Below, piece by piece: positions 37,114 through 47,942 of a stretch of DNA of 64,000 bases (position 1 is the stretch's first letter; every line of letters starts with the position of its first letter). The stretch comes from Polaromonas sp. (GTDB taxonomy: Bacteria > Pseudomonadota > Gammaproteobacteria > Burkholderiales > Burkholderiaceae_C). The notes under the pieces were generated by a model. That model made no database searches, was not told where the DNA came from, and saw nothing but the letters and a program-made list of their open reading frames with translations. Both the position numbers and the translations under genes were made by a program. The stretch covers positions 20,173-84,172 of the forward strand of contig JASDRC010000030.1 in NCBI GenBank assembly GCA_041442125.1, written 5' to 3'.

Positions 37114-39009
37114 TTATTCAAAATAGCGATAGCGATTGGCCAACAGCGACTGCGCCAAGCGTTTTTCAATGGGCAGTGGTTCTGCATGCAGCCATGACGC
37201 CAAAAGTTCACCGCACAAAACGGCAAAACTCAAACCTCTGGAGCCCAAGGCCGTGCAAACGCACAAACCGGGCAGCCCATCGTCATCCAAGGGCCCCACC
37301 AGCGGCAATCTATCGGGCGAAACGCAGCGCACGCCAGCCCAAGCTTGGGTCTGGCTTTCATTGAACGAAGATTGCAAAGCCGCGGCAGTTTGCGGCAACA
37401 GGTGTTGGAGTCGCCGAAAGATGTCTTGTTGGTCTTTGTTTTTGATGTCGGCATGGTGGTTGTCACGCTCAAAGGTGGCGCCCATCAGCCAGCGGGGTTG
37501 GCCGTCGTCGTTTGGAAAGGCCGGGACAAAGCTGCCGTGGCCGTTGACCGGGAAGGGCGGCAGGGCGCTGGCATTCGTCACCGCGCCGTAAGCGACTTGG
37601 CCGCGAATTGCTTGCAGCGGTAAAGGCGTCTCAGGGTCTGTCAAGTCTGCGCTGTCAAAACCTGCGGCCAAAACCACCAGTTCGGCTTCGGCGATGCAGT
37701 TGTTCCCCGCGCCCAAGACGTGCCAGCAGCTGTCCGGGCTGGCGTTAGAAAAGTGCTTCAGGCCAGCCACCTGAATGCCGTATTGCGCTTGGATGCCCGG
37801 TGTCGCCAGCAGTGCTTGCACCAGCCGCTGGGGTTTGATCCAGCCGCCCGCGGCGTGCCAGAGGGCGGCTGGGGCGCTGCTCGGCGTGGACAGTGCGGGA
37901 CTGCCGACAGCCGCCTCAAGGGCCTGCAGTTCACCCGGCCCGGCCAGTCGGCTCCAGTCTTCGCCGACCTCGGGCCAATCGGCTGGTAGCCCGCCGCTGG
38001 TCTCAAATCGGCGCTGTAAAACGCCGCTGGCTTGCCAGTCGACGTCAACCCGCAGCTGCGTCTTGGCGACTTGCCAAGTGGCCCGCAGTCCGCTGCGTGA
38101 CAAGCGCGACAGCATGCTGTCGTCGGGCGAGGTGTGCGGTGCCAGCATGCCCACCGGGAGTGCCGACGCGCCGCTGGCTGCAGATGCGTGGGCGTCCAGC
38201 AGCGTCACTTGCCAGCCGCGTCTGGCCAAGCTGGCGGCGCAGGCGGCGCCGGCCAAGCCAGCGCCGATGACGACGCAACGCGCTGGCTCACGCGGCTTGG
38301 TCTGGCGTGGGTCGGCGGCTCTTTTGGGCTGCCAAGGCGGGTTGAAACGCGCTTGTAAAAGCTCAAGCGCCCCTAGCGGCGTCAGACCCTCTTCTGCTGA
38401 ATGCTTGATTTCGAAACCACATTGCGACAGACCGTCGCGCAGGCTGCTCGAGCTTGCCAAGCTCACCAGACGGCTGCCGCGTCGGCAGCAGCGGGCCACT
38501 GCTTTGAGCCAGTGCGGGTCAACGCGATCTGTGTGTTGCGGTAGATTTGGGCTGTTCAAGTAGACCGAGTCGGCTTCAAATGAGGACTCTTTGAGCAGTG
38601 CTTTGGCCTCGCCAATGCCGAGTGTCAGCAGGACATGGCCACCTTCAAACACCAGCCGATGAAAGCCGGGCGTCAAACCATGCCACTGTTCACCCAGTTG
38701 CACGGACAAGGGCCGTAGGTCGGGGTGTTCGGCTGCGGCACGCAAGATTTCTGCGGCGCTGGCAGGACTGGTTTCGGTCGAGACAAAGTGAAGCAGGCGT
38801 GGGCGCTGCGGGTCTTTTTGCCAGGCCTGCCAAGTGCGCAAGAAGTTCAGGCCCAGCCCAAAACCGGCCTCAAGAACTCGCCATTGCGCCTGACCGGCCC
38901 ATGCGGCGGGCAAACCGCAGCCTTGCAAAAAGATAGGCTGGGCTGGCGTTAGCAAAAGGTCACGGGTTGGGCGGAACGTAGCCGGCAACTGCATCTGCGC
39001 CGTCGCCAA
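37114..39009 (-). CDS. mnmC: MnmC tRNA mnm5s2U34 biosynthesis protein (FAD oxidase domain clear, methyltransferase domain atypical, start uncertain)
   Basis: [48 protein letters not shown]. Confidence 0.85.
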   Translation of the reverse strand: MATAQMQLPATFRPTRDLLLTPAQPIFLQGCGLPAAWAGQAQWRVLEAGFGLGLNFLRTWQAWQKDPQRPRLLHFVSTETSPASAAEILRAAAEHPDLRPLSVQLGEQWHGLTPGFHRLVFEGGHVLLTLGIGEAKALLKESSFEADSVYLNSPNLPQHTDRVDPHWLKAVARCCRRGSRLVSLASSSSLRDGLSQCGFEIKHSAEEGLTPLGALELLQARFNPPWQPKRAADPRQTKPREPARCVVIGAGLAGAACAASLARRGWQVTLLDAHASAASGASALPVGMLAPHTSPDDSMLSRLSRSGLRATWQVAKTQLRVDVDWQASGVLQRRFETSGGLPADWPEVGEDWSRLAGPGELQALEAAVGSPALSTPSSAPAALWHAAGGWIKPQRLVQALLATPGIQAQYGIQVAGLKHFSNASPDSCWHVLGAGNNCIAEAELVVLAAGFDSADLTDPETPLPLQAIRGQVAYGAVTNASALPPFPVNGHGSFVPAFPNDDGQPRWLMGATFERDNHHADIKNKDQQDIFRRLQHLLPQTAAALQSSFNESQTQAWAGVRCVSPDRLPLVGPLDDDGLPGLCVCTALGSRGLSFAVLCGELLASWLHAEPLPIEKRLAQSLLANRYRYFE

Positions 39010-39232
39010 AAAAGTGTTTTTCCATTTGACGTGCCAAATATTGACGCGCCCGCAGATCAGCCAGATTCAAACGGTTTTCGTTGACCAGCATGGTCTGCTG
39101 TTTCATCCAATCCGCCCAAGCGGCTTTGCTGACTTCTTCCCAAATGCGTTTGCCCAAAGGACCCGGGTAAGGCGGGAAATCCATGCCTTCAGCTTCTGTG
39201 CCGAGTTTGATGCAGTTAACCGTCCGTGCCAT
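38960..39232 (-). CDS. yggX: Oxidative damage protection / Fe(II) trafficking protein
   Basis: [39 protein letters not shown]. Confidence 0.95.
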   Translation of the reverse strand: MARTVNCIKLGTEAEGMDFPPYPGPLGKRIWEEVSKAAWADWMKQQTMLVNENRLNLADLRARQYLARQMEKHFFGDGADAVAGYVPPNP

Positions 39233-39521
39233 GTGTGTTGTCTTTCGCGGGGATCGTTGTTAAAAAAAGGAGGCCAATGAAAAAACACAGCCTGTCAATG
39301 GCTAATTATCTTTCAAGCCGGCAACCGCCTTGAATACCCGCTTGACGGTGAGTTTTTCAGAGGGGCAAAGTGGTCTGAGCCAAAAGATAAGTTTCTTTCG
39401 GCGGTAAAATCACAATTTAGCATATGCAGTGCCAGTCCCATAAGTGCTTCGAAAACTGCTGAAAAGCAGGTTCAACGAGACATAGAACGCGCTATGCGCC
39501 AACCGAAAAAAGGTAACGCCA

Positions 39522-39767
39522 GTGGCTAGATCTGAAACAAAAACGGCCGTTCTTCCAGACGGTCTCCGCTATAAATCCAAAGTCTCGGGTTCGCCTTTTG
39601 TGGCCACAACCTCCTTTGGCAGCGCGACCATGTCGTGCTTTATGTGCGGTAAACACCGTCCTCGCTCCATGATGGGCACGCGCAAAGTGTTGGGCAAAGC
39701 CCAAGCTGTTTGTGCGCCATCGTGCAAAGGGTTGGACGAGTTGCTCGCCAAAAACACGGCAACTTAA
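39522..39767 (+). CDS. Small hypothetical protein with four Cys
   Basis: 81 aa, SCFMCGKHR and VCAPSCK. RBS-like AAAGG upstream of the GTG. Confidence 0.65.
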   Translation: MARSETKTAVLPDGLRYKSKVSGSPFVATTSFGSATMSCFMCGKHRPRSMMGTRKVLGKAQAVCAPSCKGLDELLAKNTAT

Positions 39768-39792
39768 GCGCTGATTGAAAAAGCGGCAACGA

Positions 39793-40311
39793 ATGAACAT
39801 GTTTTTGACGGAAAACACGGCCTTTCCTCGACGCGTTTTAGCGCTAGTCCTTTTCGGCTCGGTTGCCATGCTGGCCTTTGGCCTGTATTTGCAGCATGTT
39901 GTCGGCCTTGAGCCTTGCCCGATGTGCATTGTTCAGCGTTATGCGCTGCTCTTGGTGGCGCTGGTTGCTGGACTCACTGCCTTGTTTTCTGGCCGCGCTG
40001 TGTTGATGCTGGGCTCGGGCTTGTTGTTGTTCAGTGCTGGTTTGGGCGCTTTTGTAGCGGCACGTCAAAGCTGGCTGCAGTGGTACCCACCTGAGGTCGC
40101 TTCGTGCGGGCGCGACTTTTACGGCATGATCGAAACTTTTCCCTTGCAACGCGCGATCCCCATGATCTTCAAGGGGAGTGGTGACTGCAGCGTGATCGAC
40201 TGGACTTTCTTAGGGCTCTCGATTGCGAATTGGTCTTTTCTGTCTTTCGTCGCCATCTGCCTGATCGCGCTGGCTTTGATGCTGCGCTTGGCCAGCGCAC
40301 GCCTGCGCTGA
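39793..40311 (+). CDS. dsbB: Disulfide bond formation protein B
   Basis: LEPCPMCIVQR, four TM helices, second Cys pair (SCG...GSGDC), LSIANWS. Confidence 0.95.
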   Translation: MNMFLTENTAFPRRVLALVLFGSVAMLAFGLYLQHVVGLEPCPMCIVQRYALLLVALVAGLTALFSGRAVLMLGSGLLLFSAGLGAFVAARQSWLQWYPPEVASCGRDFYGMIETFPLQRAIPMIFKGSGDCSVIDWTFLGLSIANWSFLSFVAICLIALALMLRLASARLR

Positions 40312-40346
40312 ACCCTTCCTCCGCAAGCCAAGCCTTTGCCCAAGGT

Positions 40347-41699
40347 CTAAGGCTGGAGAATTTTCACCAGCACTTGGCTTTTCCGGTTGAGGTTGTATTT
40401 GCGCTTACGCGCTTCTGGTAGCCAGTTCGTCTCCACTGGCTTGAAACCACGCTTCAGGAACCAATGCATGGTGCGGGTGGTGAGCACAAAAATGCTCTGC
40501 AGACCCATGGCGCGGGCACGTTGCTCGACCCGCTTGAGAATACGTTCGCCGTCGCCCTGGCTTTGGGTGTGCGGCGACACCGTGAGTGCCGCCATCTCGC
40601 CGGTTTTGGACTCCGGGTAAGGGTAGAGCGCGGCGCAGCCAAAGATCACGCCGTCATGCTCAATCACCGTGTAAAGCCCGGCGTCGCGCTCAATCTCGGT
40701 GCGGTCGCGTTTGACCAGTGTGCCGTCATTTTCGTAGGGCTCGATCAATTGCAAAATGCCACCGACATCATCGACCGTGGCTTCGCGCAGGCTTTCTAGT
40801 TTTTCATCAATCACCATGGTGCCGATGCCGTCGTGCACATAGATTTCCAGTAGCACCGAGCCATCGGTGGCAAAAGGCAAAATATGGCTGCGCTCAACGC
40901 CGTGTTGGCAGGCTTTGACGCAATGCTGCAGGTAGAAAGCAGTGTCGGTCGGTTGTTGTGCGCTTGGCACGTCTTTGAGCAGTTGTTTGGCTGCCGCCAA
41001 AGGCAGCTCGGTGTCGATCGGGTTGTCGTCGCTGGCCGGCTCAGACGGGTTCACGCGGATGCCCGGAATCTCGGTCAAAAAGATCAGTTTGTCAGCTTTC
41101 AACTCAATCGCCACGCTGGTCGCGACTTCTTCCATGCTCAGGTTGAAAGCTTCGCCAGTGGGCGAAAACCCAAACGGTGACAGCAGCACCATCGAGCCAA
41201 ATTCGAGCGTGCGCTGAATGCCGACGGTGTCTACTTTGCGGACCAAGCCCGAGTGTTTGAAGTCAATGCCGTCGACGATGCCGACTGGCCGCGCCGTGAT
41301 GAAGTTGCCTGAAATCACCCGCACCGTGGAGCCGGCCATCGGTGTGTTGGGCAAGCCTTGGCTGAAGGCGGCTTCAATCTCGTAGCGCAGCTGGCCAGCG
41401 GCTTCTTGCGCGCAGTCCAGCGCCACCGAGTCGGTGATGCGCGTGCCGTGTGAATACTGCGCAGCGTGGCCTTTGGCGGCCAGTTGTTCGTTGACCTGTG
41501 GCCGAAAACCATGGACCAGCACGATCTTCACGCCCATGCTTTGAATCAGTGCCAAGTCTTGCGCGATGTTCTGCAGCTTGCCGGCGGCAATCGCTTCACC
41601 GGCCATGCCGATCACAAAAGTCTTGCCACGGTGCAGGTGAATGTAAGGCGCGACCGAGCGAAACCAGGGCACAAAGGTAAAATTGAAAACGGCGGACAT
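40347..41699 (-). CDS. argA: Amino-acid N-acetyltransferase
   Basis: FVPWFRSVAPYIHLHRGKTFV, VLVHG, kinase-like domain plus GNAT domain (VLTTRTMHWF). Confidence 0.95.
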   Translation of the reverse strand: MSAVFNFTFVPWFRSVAPYIHLHRGKTFVIGMAGEAIAAGKLQNIAQDLALIQSMGVKIVLVHGFRPQVNEQLAAKGHAAQYSHGTRITDSVALDCAQEAAGQLRYEIEAAFSQGLPNTPMAGSTVRVISGNFITARPVGIVDGIDFKHSGLVRKVDTVGIQRTLEFGSMVLLSPFGFSPTGEAFNLSMEEVATSVAIELKADKLIFLTEIPGIRVNPSEPASDDNPIDTELPLAAAKQLLKDVPSAQQPTDTAFYLQHCVKACQHGVERSHILPFATDGSVLLEIYVHDGIGTMVIDEKLESLREATVDDVGGILQLIEPYENDGTLVKRDRTEIERDAGLYTVIEHDGVIFGCAALYPYPESKTGEMAALTVSPHTQSQGDGERILKRVEQRARAMGLQSIFVLTTRTMHWFLKRGFKPVETNWLPEARKRKYNLNRKSQVLVKILQP

Positions 41700-41822
41700 G
41701 GGCGGTTCTGGTGAGGAAAGTGAGGTCTTGACAGGCGTTGAGGGCGACAACTGAGCCGATAATGCGCAGTTGCCCGCGGAATTTTTCATCGATTTTCACC
41801 TAAGTTCACCGAAGTTATTCGC

Positions 41823-44800
41823 TTGTCTGCCATTTCACCCCCTGCCTTGATCATTGAGTTCCCCGAATCGCTGCCGGTGTCGGGCAAACGCGACGAAATC
41901 ACCGCCGCCATTGCGGCGCATCAAGTGGTCATCGTTTGCGGTGAAACCGGCTCCGGCAAGACCACGCAGTTGCCTAAAATCGCCTTGGCCATGGGCCGCG
42001 GCAAGCTGAATTACCCGGGCGGTCGCGGGCCTTTGATTGGCCACACGCAGCCGCGCCGCATTGCGGCCTCCAGTGTGGCCAAGCGCATCGCCGAAGAGCT
42101 CAAGACAACGCTCGGCGACGTCGTTGGCTACAAGGTGCGCTTCCAAGATCGGCTGAGCCGTGACGCGTCGGTCAAGCTGATGACCGACGGTATTTTGTTG
42201 GCCGAGACGCAGACCGATCCGCTGCTCAAAAACTACGACACCATCATCATTGACGAGGCGCATGAGCGCAGTCTGAACATCGACTTTTTGCTGGGCTATC
42301 TACGCCAGTTGCTGCCGCGCCGGCCAGACCTCAAAGTCATCATCACCTCGGCGACGATTGATGCGCAGCGCTTCGCGGACTACTTTGCCTCAAGCAAAGG
42401 TCCGGCGCCGGTGATCATGGTCTCGGGCCGGATGTTTCCGGTCGAGCAGCGTTATCGGCCTTACGAAGAATCGCGCGACTATGACCTGAATGACGCGATT
42501 GCCGATGGCGTCGATGAGCTCTGGCGTAGCCCACACAGTGCCGGCGACATTCTGGTGTTCTTGCCAGGTGAACGTGAAATTCGGGAGGCAGCGGATCACC
42601 TGCGCAAACACCTGAGCCACCAGCCGCTGCTGCGCAATGCCGAGGTGCTGCCGTTGTTTGCGCGCCTGAGCCAAGCCGAGCAAGACCAAATTTTTGAAGG
42701 CCACAACGGCAGGCGCATTGTGCTCGCCACCAACGTGGCCGAGACCTCGCTGACGGTGCCCGGCATTCGCTACGTGATCGACGCGGGCACGGCGCGCGTC
42801 AAGCGCTACAGCTTCAGGAACAAGGTCGAGCAGCTGATGGTCGAGCCGATTTCGCAGGCGGCTGCAAACCAACGTGCCGGTCGTTGCGGTCGGGTGGCCG
42901 ACGGTATTTGCATTCGTCTGTACGACGAGCAGGACTTTTTGGGCCGAGCGCGTTTCACCGATCCGGAGATTTTGCGCAGCTCGCTGGCGGCTGTGATTTT
43001 GCGCATGAAGGCCTTGCACTTGGGCGCGGTGGAAGCCTTTGCCTTCATCGAACCACCGCAAGGGCGCGCCATTGCTGACGGCTACCAGTTGCTGGCCGAG
43101 CTGGGCGCTGTCGACGACGACAACGAACTGACCGCGGTGGGCCGCACGTTGGCCAAGCTGCCGCTGGATCCGCGCGTGGGCCGCATGATTTTGGAGGCCC
43201 GCGACCGCCAAGCGCTCGACGAGGTGATGGTCATTGCCAGTGCGCTCAGCGTGCAAGACGTGCGTGACAGGCCGATGGACAAGCAGACGCAGGCCGACCA
43301 AGCACACGCCAAGTTCGATGACGAGAAGAGCGAATTCGCCGGCTATTTGAAGCTGTGGAAATGGCTGGGTGATTCGCGCGGCGGTCATGCAGCCCAGCAC
43401 AAGCTCTCGAACCGGCAATACGAAAACTTGCTGCGGGAAAACTTTGTCAACATCCGCCGCGTGCGCGAATGGCGCGACATTCATTCGCAGCTGCACAGCG
43501 TCATTGGCGAGCAGGGTTGGCAGATCAACTCTAAGCCGGCCAGCTATGAGCAGTTGCACTTGTCGATGCTCTGCGGCTTGCTCGGCAACTTGGGCTACAA
43601 AGCCGAAGACGAAGAAGCCTACCTTGGCGCGCGCGGCATCCGTTTTTACCGCCACCCCGGCGCCAAGCTGAGTAAAAAACCGGGCCGCTGGATTGTCGCC
43701 GCCGAGTTGGTGGAAACCACGCGGCTGTTTGGCCGCGGCATTGCCAACATCGAGCCGCAATGGGTCGAGCAGGCCGCAGGCCATTTGCTCAAAAAGCAAC
43801 TGCTGGACCCGCACTGGGAGAAAAAAGCCGCACAGGTCACGGCGCTAGAGCGTGCCACCTTGTATGGCTTGGTGATCTACAACGGCCGCCGCGTCAACTT
43901 CGGCCGGGTCGACCCCGTCGGTGCGCGTGAAATCTTCATTCGTGAAGCGCTGGTGGCCGGCAACTGGGACACCAAGCTGCCCTTTTTGGCGGCAAATCAA
44001 AAACTCATCATTCAGGTGCAAGACCTGGAACACAAAGCGCGGCGACAAGACGTGCTGGTTGATGAAGAGCTGATCTATGCTTTTTACGACCAGCAATTGC
44101 CGACCGATATTTGCACCGGGGCCGGTTGCGAGCACTGGTACAGAGACGAAGTTAAAAAGCAGCCGCAGCTGCTGTTGCTGTCGCGTGAAGAACTCATGCG
44201 CCACGAAGCGGCCGGCATCACCACGCAGGCTTTTCCCAGAGCCTTGCGGCTGGGTGGTGTCGATTGCAGCGTGACTTATCTGCATGAGCCCGGTGATGCG
44301 AAAGACGGTGTCACAGTGGAGGTGCCGCTGTTTGCCTTGAACCAGGTGAATGATGAGCGCTGCGAATGGCTGGTGCCGGGTTTGCTCAAGGACAAGATTC
44401 AGGCGCTGATCAAAACGCTGCATCAGCGGCCGCGTTCACGACTGGTGCCTTTGCCCGAAACGGCGGCGCGCATGGCGGCTGATTTGCTGCAGCCTGACAA
44501 ATGGGGGGGTGGCTCGCTGACCGACGCTGTCCTCAAGTGGGTGCGCGATGCCACTTCGCTGGACATCAAGCGCAACGACATGAAACTCGACATGTTGCCG
44601 CCGCATTTGTTCATGAACTTCCGGGTGATTGACGAGCACGGCCGGCAACTCGGCTTGGGGCGCAACTTGGGTGCGCTCAAAGGCGACTTGGGGGCGCAGG
44701 CTCGCGGTGCGTTTCAAGCGCTGGCCGGGCTTAAAAATCTCAAGGTGGCGGCGCCTGTCGCCGAGTCGAGCACAGCGACGGCAGATTCGGTCAGCAAGGC

Positions 44801-45731
44801 GCGCGGTGCTCATCCGGCCTCAGCCAAAGCCACGCCGGCAGCTGCACCAAAAGTGCCGGACCGCTTCACAAGCTGGAGTTTCGGGGAGCTGCCCGAGCTG
44901 ATGGAAATCCGCAAGGGCGCACAAACACTGATCGGCTTTCCGGCCTTGATCGACTTGGGTGACGCGGTGACGATGGAGGTTTTCGACGAGCCCGACATGG
45001 CGGCAGCCAAACACCGCGCCGGTCTGCGTCGCTTGTTTTCTTTGCAAATCAAAGATGCCCTGAAATACTTAGAGAAGAATTTGCCAGATCTGCAAAAAAC
45101 GGCGACAGCTTACATGCTGGTTGGCCGCGCAGCAGACAACTCTGGTGGCGGCACGTTGGAAGAATTGCGTTCGCAGATCATCGACGTCGCCTTGGACCGG
45201 GCTTTTCTGTTAGACCCCTTGCCGACCGGCGAGGCCGAGTTCAAAAAACGCGTCGACGATGGGCGTGGCAGGTTGACCTTGATCGCCAGCGAAGTGGCAC
45301 GTCTGGCTGCCAGCATCTTGATTGAATTCGCCGCCGCCCAACGCAAGATCAAGGACACTAAAAATGCTGCTGAAGCGTCGGCCGATGCAGCGCAGCAGTT
45401 GCAGCGATTGGTGCCTAAACGCTTTTTGATGACGACGCCCTACGGGCAATTGCAGCACTTTCCGCGCTACCTGAAAGCCATCGCCTTGCGCTTAGAAAAA
45501 TGGCGCGCTGACCCGGCCCGCGACACCGCCCGCCTGGCCGAGATGAAGTTGCAAGAGCAACGTTATTGGCGGCTGCTGGCCGACCGCAAAGGTGTGGTCG
45601 ATGCGCGCATGCAAGAGTACCGCTGGCTGCTGGAGGAGTTGCGGGTGAGCTTTTTTGCGCAGGAACTGCGCACGCCGCAACCGGTCAGCGTCAAGCGGCT
45701 AGACAAGGCCTGGGCTCAGATCAACTCTTGA
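41823..45731 (+). CDS. hrpA: ATP-dependent RNA helicase HrpA
   Basis: GETGSGKTT, TQPRRIAA, DEAH, TSAT, QRAGRCGR, DUF3418-type C-terminus EELRVSFFAQEL. Confidence 0.96.
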   Translation: MSAISPPALIIEFPESLPVSGKRDEITAAIAAHQVVIVCGETGSGKTTQLPKIALAMGRGKLNYPGGRGPLIGHTQPRRIAASSVAKRIAEELKTTLGDVVGYKVRFQDRLSRDASVKLMTDGILLAETQTDPLLKNYDTIIIDEAHERSLNIDFLLGYLRQLLPRRPDLKVIITSATIDAQRFADYFASSKGPAPVIMVSGRMFPVEQRYRPYEESRDYDLNDAIADGVDELWRSPHSAGDILVFLPGEREIREAADHLRKHLSHQPLLRNAEVLPLFARLSQAEQDQIFEGHNGRRIVLATNVAETSLTVPGIRYVIDAGTARVKRYSFRNKVEQLMVEPISQAAANQRAGRCGRVADGICIRLYDEQDFLGRARFTDPEILRSSLAAVILRMKALHLGAVEAFAFIEPPQGRAIADGYQLLAELGAVDDDNELTAVGRTLAKLPLDPRVGRMILEARDRQALDEVMVIASALSVQDVRDRPMDKQTQADQAHAKFDDEKSEFAGYLKLWKWLGDSRGGHAAQHKLSNRQYENLLRENFVNIRRVREWRDIHSQLHSVIGEQGWQINSKPASYEQLHLSMLCGLLGNLGYKAEDEEAYLGARGIRFYRHPGAKLSKKPGRWIVAAELVETTRLFGRGIANIEPQWVEQAAGHLLKKQLLDPHWEKKAAQVTALERATLYGLVIYNGRRVNFGRVDPVGAREIFIREALVAGNWDTKLPFLAANQKLIIQVQDLEHKARRQDVLVDEELIYAFYDQQLPTDICTGAGCEHWYRDEVKKQPQLLLLSREELMRHEAAGITTQAFPRALRLGGVDCSVTYLHEPGDAKDGVTVEVPLFALNQVNDERCEWLVPGLLKDKIQALIKTLHQRPRSRLVPLPETAARMAADLLQPDKWGGGSLTDAVLKWVRDATSLDIKRNDMKLDMLPPHLFMNFRVIDEHGRQLGLGRNLGALKGDLGAQARGAFQALAGLKNLKVAAPVAESSTATADSVSKARGAHPASAKATPAAAPKVPDRFTSWSFGELPELMEIRKGAQTLIGFPALIDLGDAVTMEVFDEPDMAAAKHRAGLRRLFSLQIKDALKYLEKNLPDLQKTATAYMLVGRAADNSGGGTLEELRSQIIDVALDRAFLLDPLPTGEAEFKKRVDDGRGRLTLIASEVARLAASILIEFAAAQRKIKDTKNAAEASADAAQQLQRLVPKRFLMTTPYGQLQHFPRYLKAIALRLEKWRADPARDTARLAEMKLQEQRYWRLLADRKGVVDARMQEYRWLLEELRVSFFAQELRTPQPVSVKRLDKAWAQINS

Positions 45732-45741
45732 TCAGAGTGTT

Positions 45742-46935
45742 TTAAAGCTTGGCGAGTCGCGTCAATGCCGCCTTCAGCGTGTCGTCTTTCTTGGCGAAGC
45801 AAAAACGCACCACGCGCTGGTCAAAGCCGTTGCCGTAAAAGGCTGACAGAGGAATGGCGGCCACGCCGATCTCGGTGGTCAGCCATTGGCAGAAGTCGGC
45901 TTCGCCCAAGTCGCTGACGTCAGAGATATCCACGCACTGGAAGTACGTGCCTTCACTCGGCAACAGCTTGAAGCGGGTGGCGGCCAGGCCGGCTTGAAAC
46001 AGGTCGCGCTTGCGTTGGTAAAAGGCCGGCAGTTCAAGGTAGGCAGCGGGCTTGTCCATGTAGCTTGCCAAGGCGTGTTGCACCGGCGTGTTGACGGTGA
46101 ACACGTTGAACTGATGGACTTTTCGAAACTCTGCCGAGAGGGTTGCGGGGGCCGCCACGTAGCCGACTTTCCAGCCGGTGACGTGGTACGTTTTGCCGAA
46201 GCTGCTGACAATGAAAGCCCGCGCAGCCAAACCCGGAAAGCTCGCCGCGCTGTGATGCTGTGCGCCCAGCGCCGCGTCAAACACCATGTGCTCATAGACC
46301 TCGTCGCTGATGAGCAAGATCTCCGTCGGTGCCAGCAAGGCTTGCAGCTTCAGCATCTCAGCCTGGGTCCACACGGTCGCGCTCGGATTGTGCGGTGAGT
46401 TGATGATGATGGCCCGCGTTCTGGGGCTGATGGCGGCGGCAATCTTCACGAAGTCAGGGCGAAAAGTGCCGGGGATCAGCGGCACCCGCACGACTTGGCC
46501 GCCAGCCAATTCAACGTTCGGCACATAGCTGTCATAGCAGGGCTCCAGCACGATGACTTCGTCACCCGGGTGGACGATGGCGAGGATGATGGTGATGATG
46601 GCCTGCGTGGCACCAGCGGTGACTGTGATCTCGGTCGTCGGGCTGTAGCTTCGAGCGTAGAGAGTTTGTATCTTGGCGGCAATGGCTTCGCGTAACACCG
46701 GCACACCGGTCATTGGCGGGTATTGGTTCAGACCGCGCTGCATGGCGTCTGTGACGGCGTTGACCAAGGCTGGATCGCACTCGAAATCAGGAAAACCTTG
46801 GCCTAGATTGACCGCGTTTTTTTCAGTCGCCAGCGCCGACATGACGGTGAAAATGGTCGTGCCAACGTTGGGCAAGCGGCTGGTCAGGGCGGGCGTGTGC
46901 TGGCGCACGGCAGCAGGCGTTGTCAGTGAGTTCAT
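45742..46935 (-). CDS. PLP-dependent class I/II aminotransferase (YbdL-like)
   Basis: SRLPNVGTTIF, NLGQGFPDF, NSPHNP, SDEVYE, SSFGKTYHVTGWKVG, RFCFAK. Confidence 0.92.
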   Translation of the reverse strand: MNSLTTPAAVRQHTPALTSRLPNVGTTIFTVMSALATEKNAVNLGQGFPDFECDPALVNAVTDAMQRGLNQYPPMTGVPVLREAIAAKIQTLYARSYSPTTEITVTAGATQAIITIILAIVHPGDEVIVLEPCYDSYVPNVELAGGQVVRVPLIPGTFRPDFVKIAAAISPRTRAIIINSPHNPSATVWTQAEMLKLQALLAPTEILLISDEVYEHMVFDAALGAQHHSAASFPGLAARAFIVSSFGKTYHVTGWKVGYVAAPATLSAEFRKVHQFNVFTVNTPVQHALASYMDKPAAYLELPAFYQRKRDLFQAGLAATRFKLLPSEGTYFQCVDISDVSDLGEADFCQWLTTEIGVAAIPLSAFYGNGFDQRVVRFCFAKKDDTLKAALTRLAKL

Positions 46936-46939
46936 AGGT

Positions 46940-47884
46940 TCAAACTTCGTCGTCATGGAGGCGGCCAGTCATGGCCTTGGCGATGTGCTCACGGGTCAGC
47001 TTGTCGCTCACCAGTTCAGCAAACTTGTAGACAAAATTGCGCAGGTAGGCGCTGCGTTTGAAGGCCACGCGTGCCACGTTGAGGCCAAAGAGTTGCCCGG
47101 CGGGTAAGGCGATCAGGTCGGCGTTGGTGCCGTCGTCTTTGAGTGCCATTTCAGCCACGATGCCGACGCCTAACCCAAGCCGGACGTAGGTTTTGATGAC
47201 GTCCGAGTCAATCGCCTCCAACGCAATGCGCGGGTGCAAGCGTTTGGCGGCAAAGGCTTCGTCGATTTTGGTGCGACCGGTGAAAGACGGGTGGTAGGTG
47301 ATCAGCGGCTGCTCGGCCAGTTCTTCCAGCGTGATGTTGCTTTGACGTGCCAGCGGGTGGTCGGTCGGCATCACCAACATGTGTTGCCATTCGTAGCAGG
47401 GCAGGGTGATCAACTCGTCGTAATGGTCGAGTGACTCGGTCGCAATGCCGATCTCAGCCACCTCGTCGATCAGCATGCGGGCGACTTGGTCGGGCGAGCC
47501 TTGGTGCAAGCTGACGTTGACCTTGGGAAAGGCTTCGCGCAACCGGACCACCGGCTGCGGCAACACATAACGGGCTTGCGTGTGGGTGGTGGCGATCGAC
47601 AGGGTGCCGCTGTCTTGGGCTGAAAATTGTTCGCCGATGCGTTTTAGATTACCCACCTCACGCATGATGAGCTCAATGCTTTTCAAGACGTGTTGGCCGG
47701 GCTCGGTCACGCGTTTCAAGCGCTTGCCGTGACGTGCAAAAATCTCCACGCCCAATTCTTCTTCCAACTCAATGATGGCCTTGGACACGCCCGGTTGCGA
47801 GGTGTGCAGCGCGCGCGCGGTCTCTGTCAAATTCAGGTTGCGGCGCACGGCCTCTTGGACAAAGCGAAACTGATGAAGGTTCAT
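46940..47884 (-). CDS. cysB: CysB-family LysR regulator
   Basis: MNLHQFRF, LHTSQPGVSKAIIELEEELG, IATTHTQARY, DSDVIKTYV. Confidence 0.92.
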   Translation of the reverse strand: MNLHQFRFVQEAVRRNLNLTETARALHTSQPGVSKAIIELEEELGVEIFARHGKRLKRVTEPGQHVLKSIELIMREVGNLKRIGEQFSAQDSGTLSIATTHTQARYVLPQPVVRLREAFPKVNVSLHQGSPDQVARMLIDEVAEIGIATESLDHYDELITLPCYEWQHMLVMPTDHPLARQSNITLEELAEQPLITYHPSFTGRTKIDEAFAAKRLHPRIALEAIDSDVIKTYVRLGLGVGIVAEMALKDDGTNADLIALPAGQLFGLNVARVAFKRSAYLRNFVYKFAELVSDKLTREHIAKAMTGRLHDDEV

Positions 47885-47942
47885 ATCAAATAATGGCAGA
47901 TCAAGGAATTCATTATGCCATTTTGGCGCTAAAGAAGCCTGT

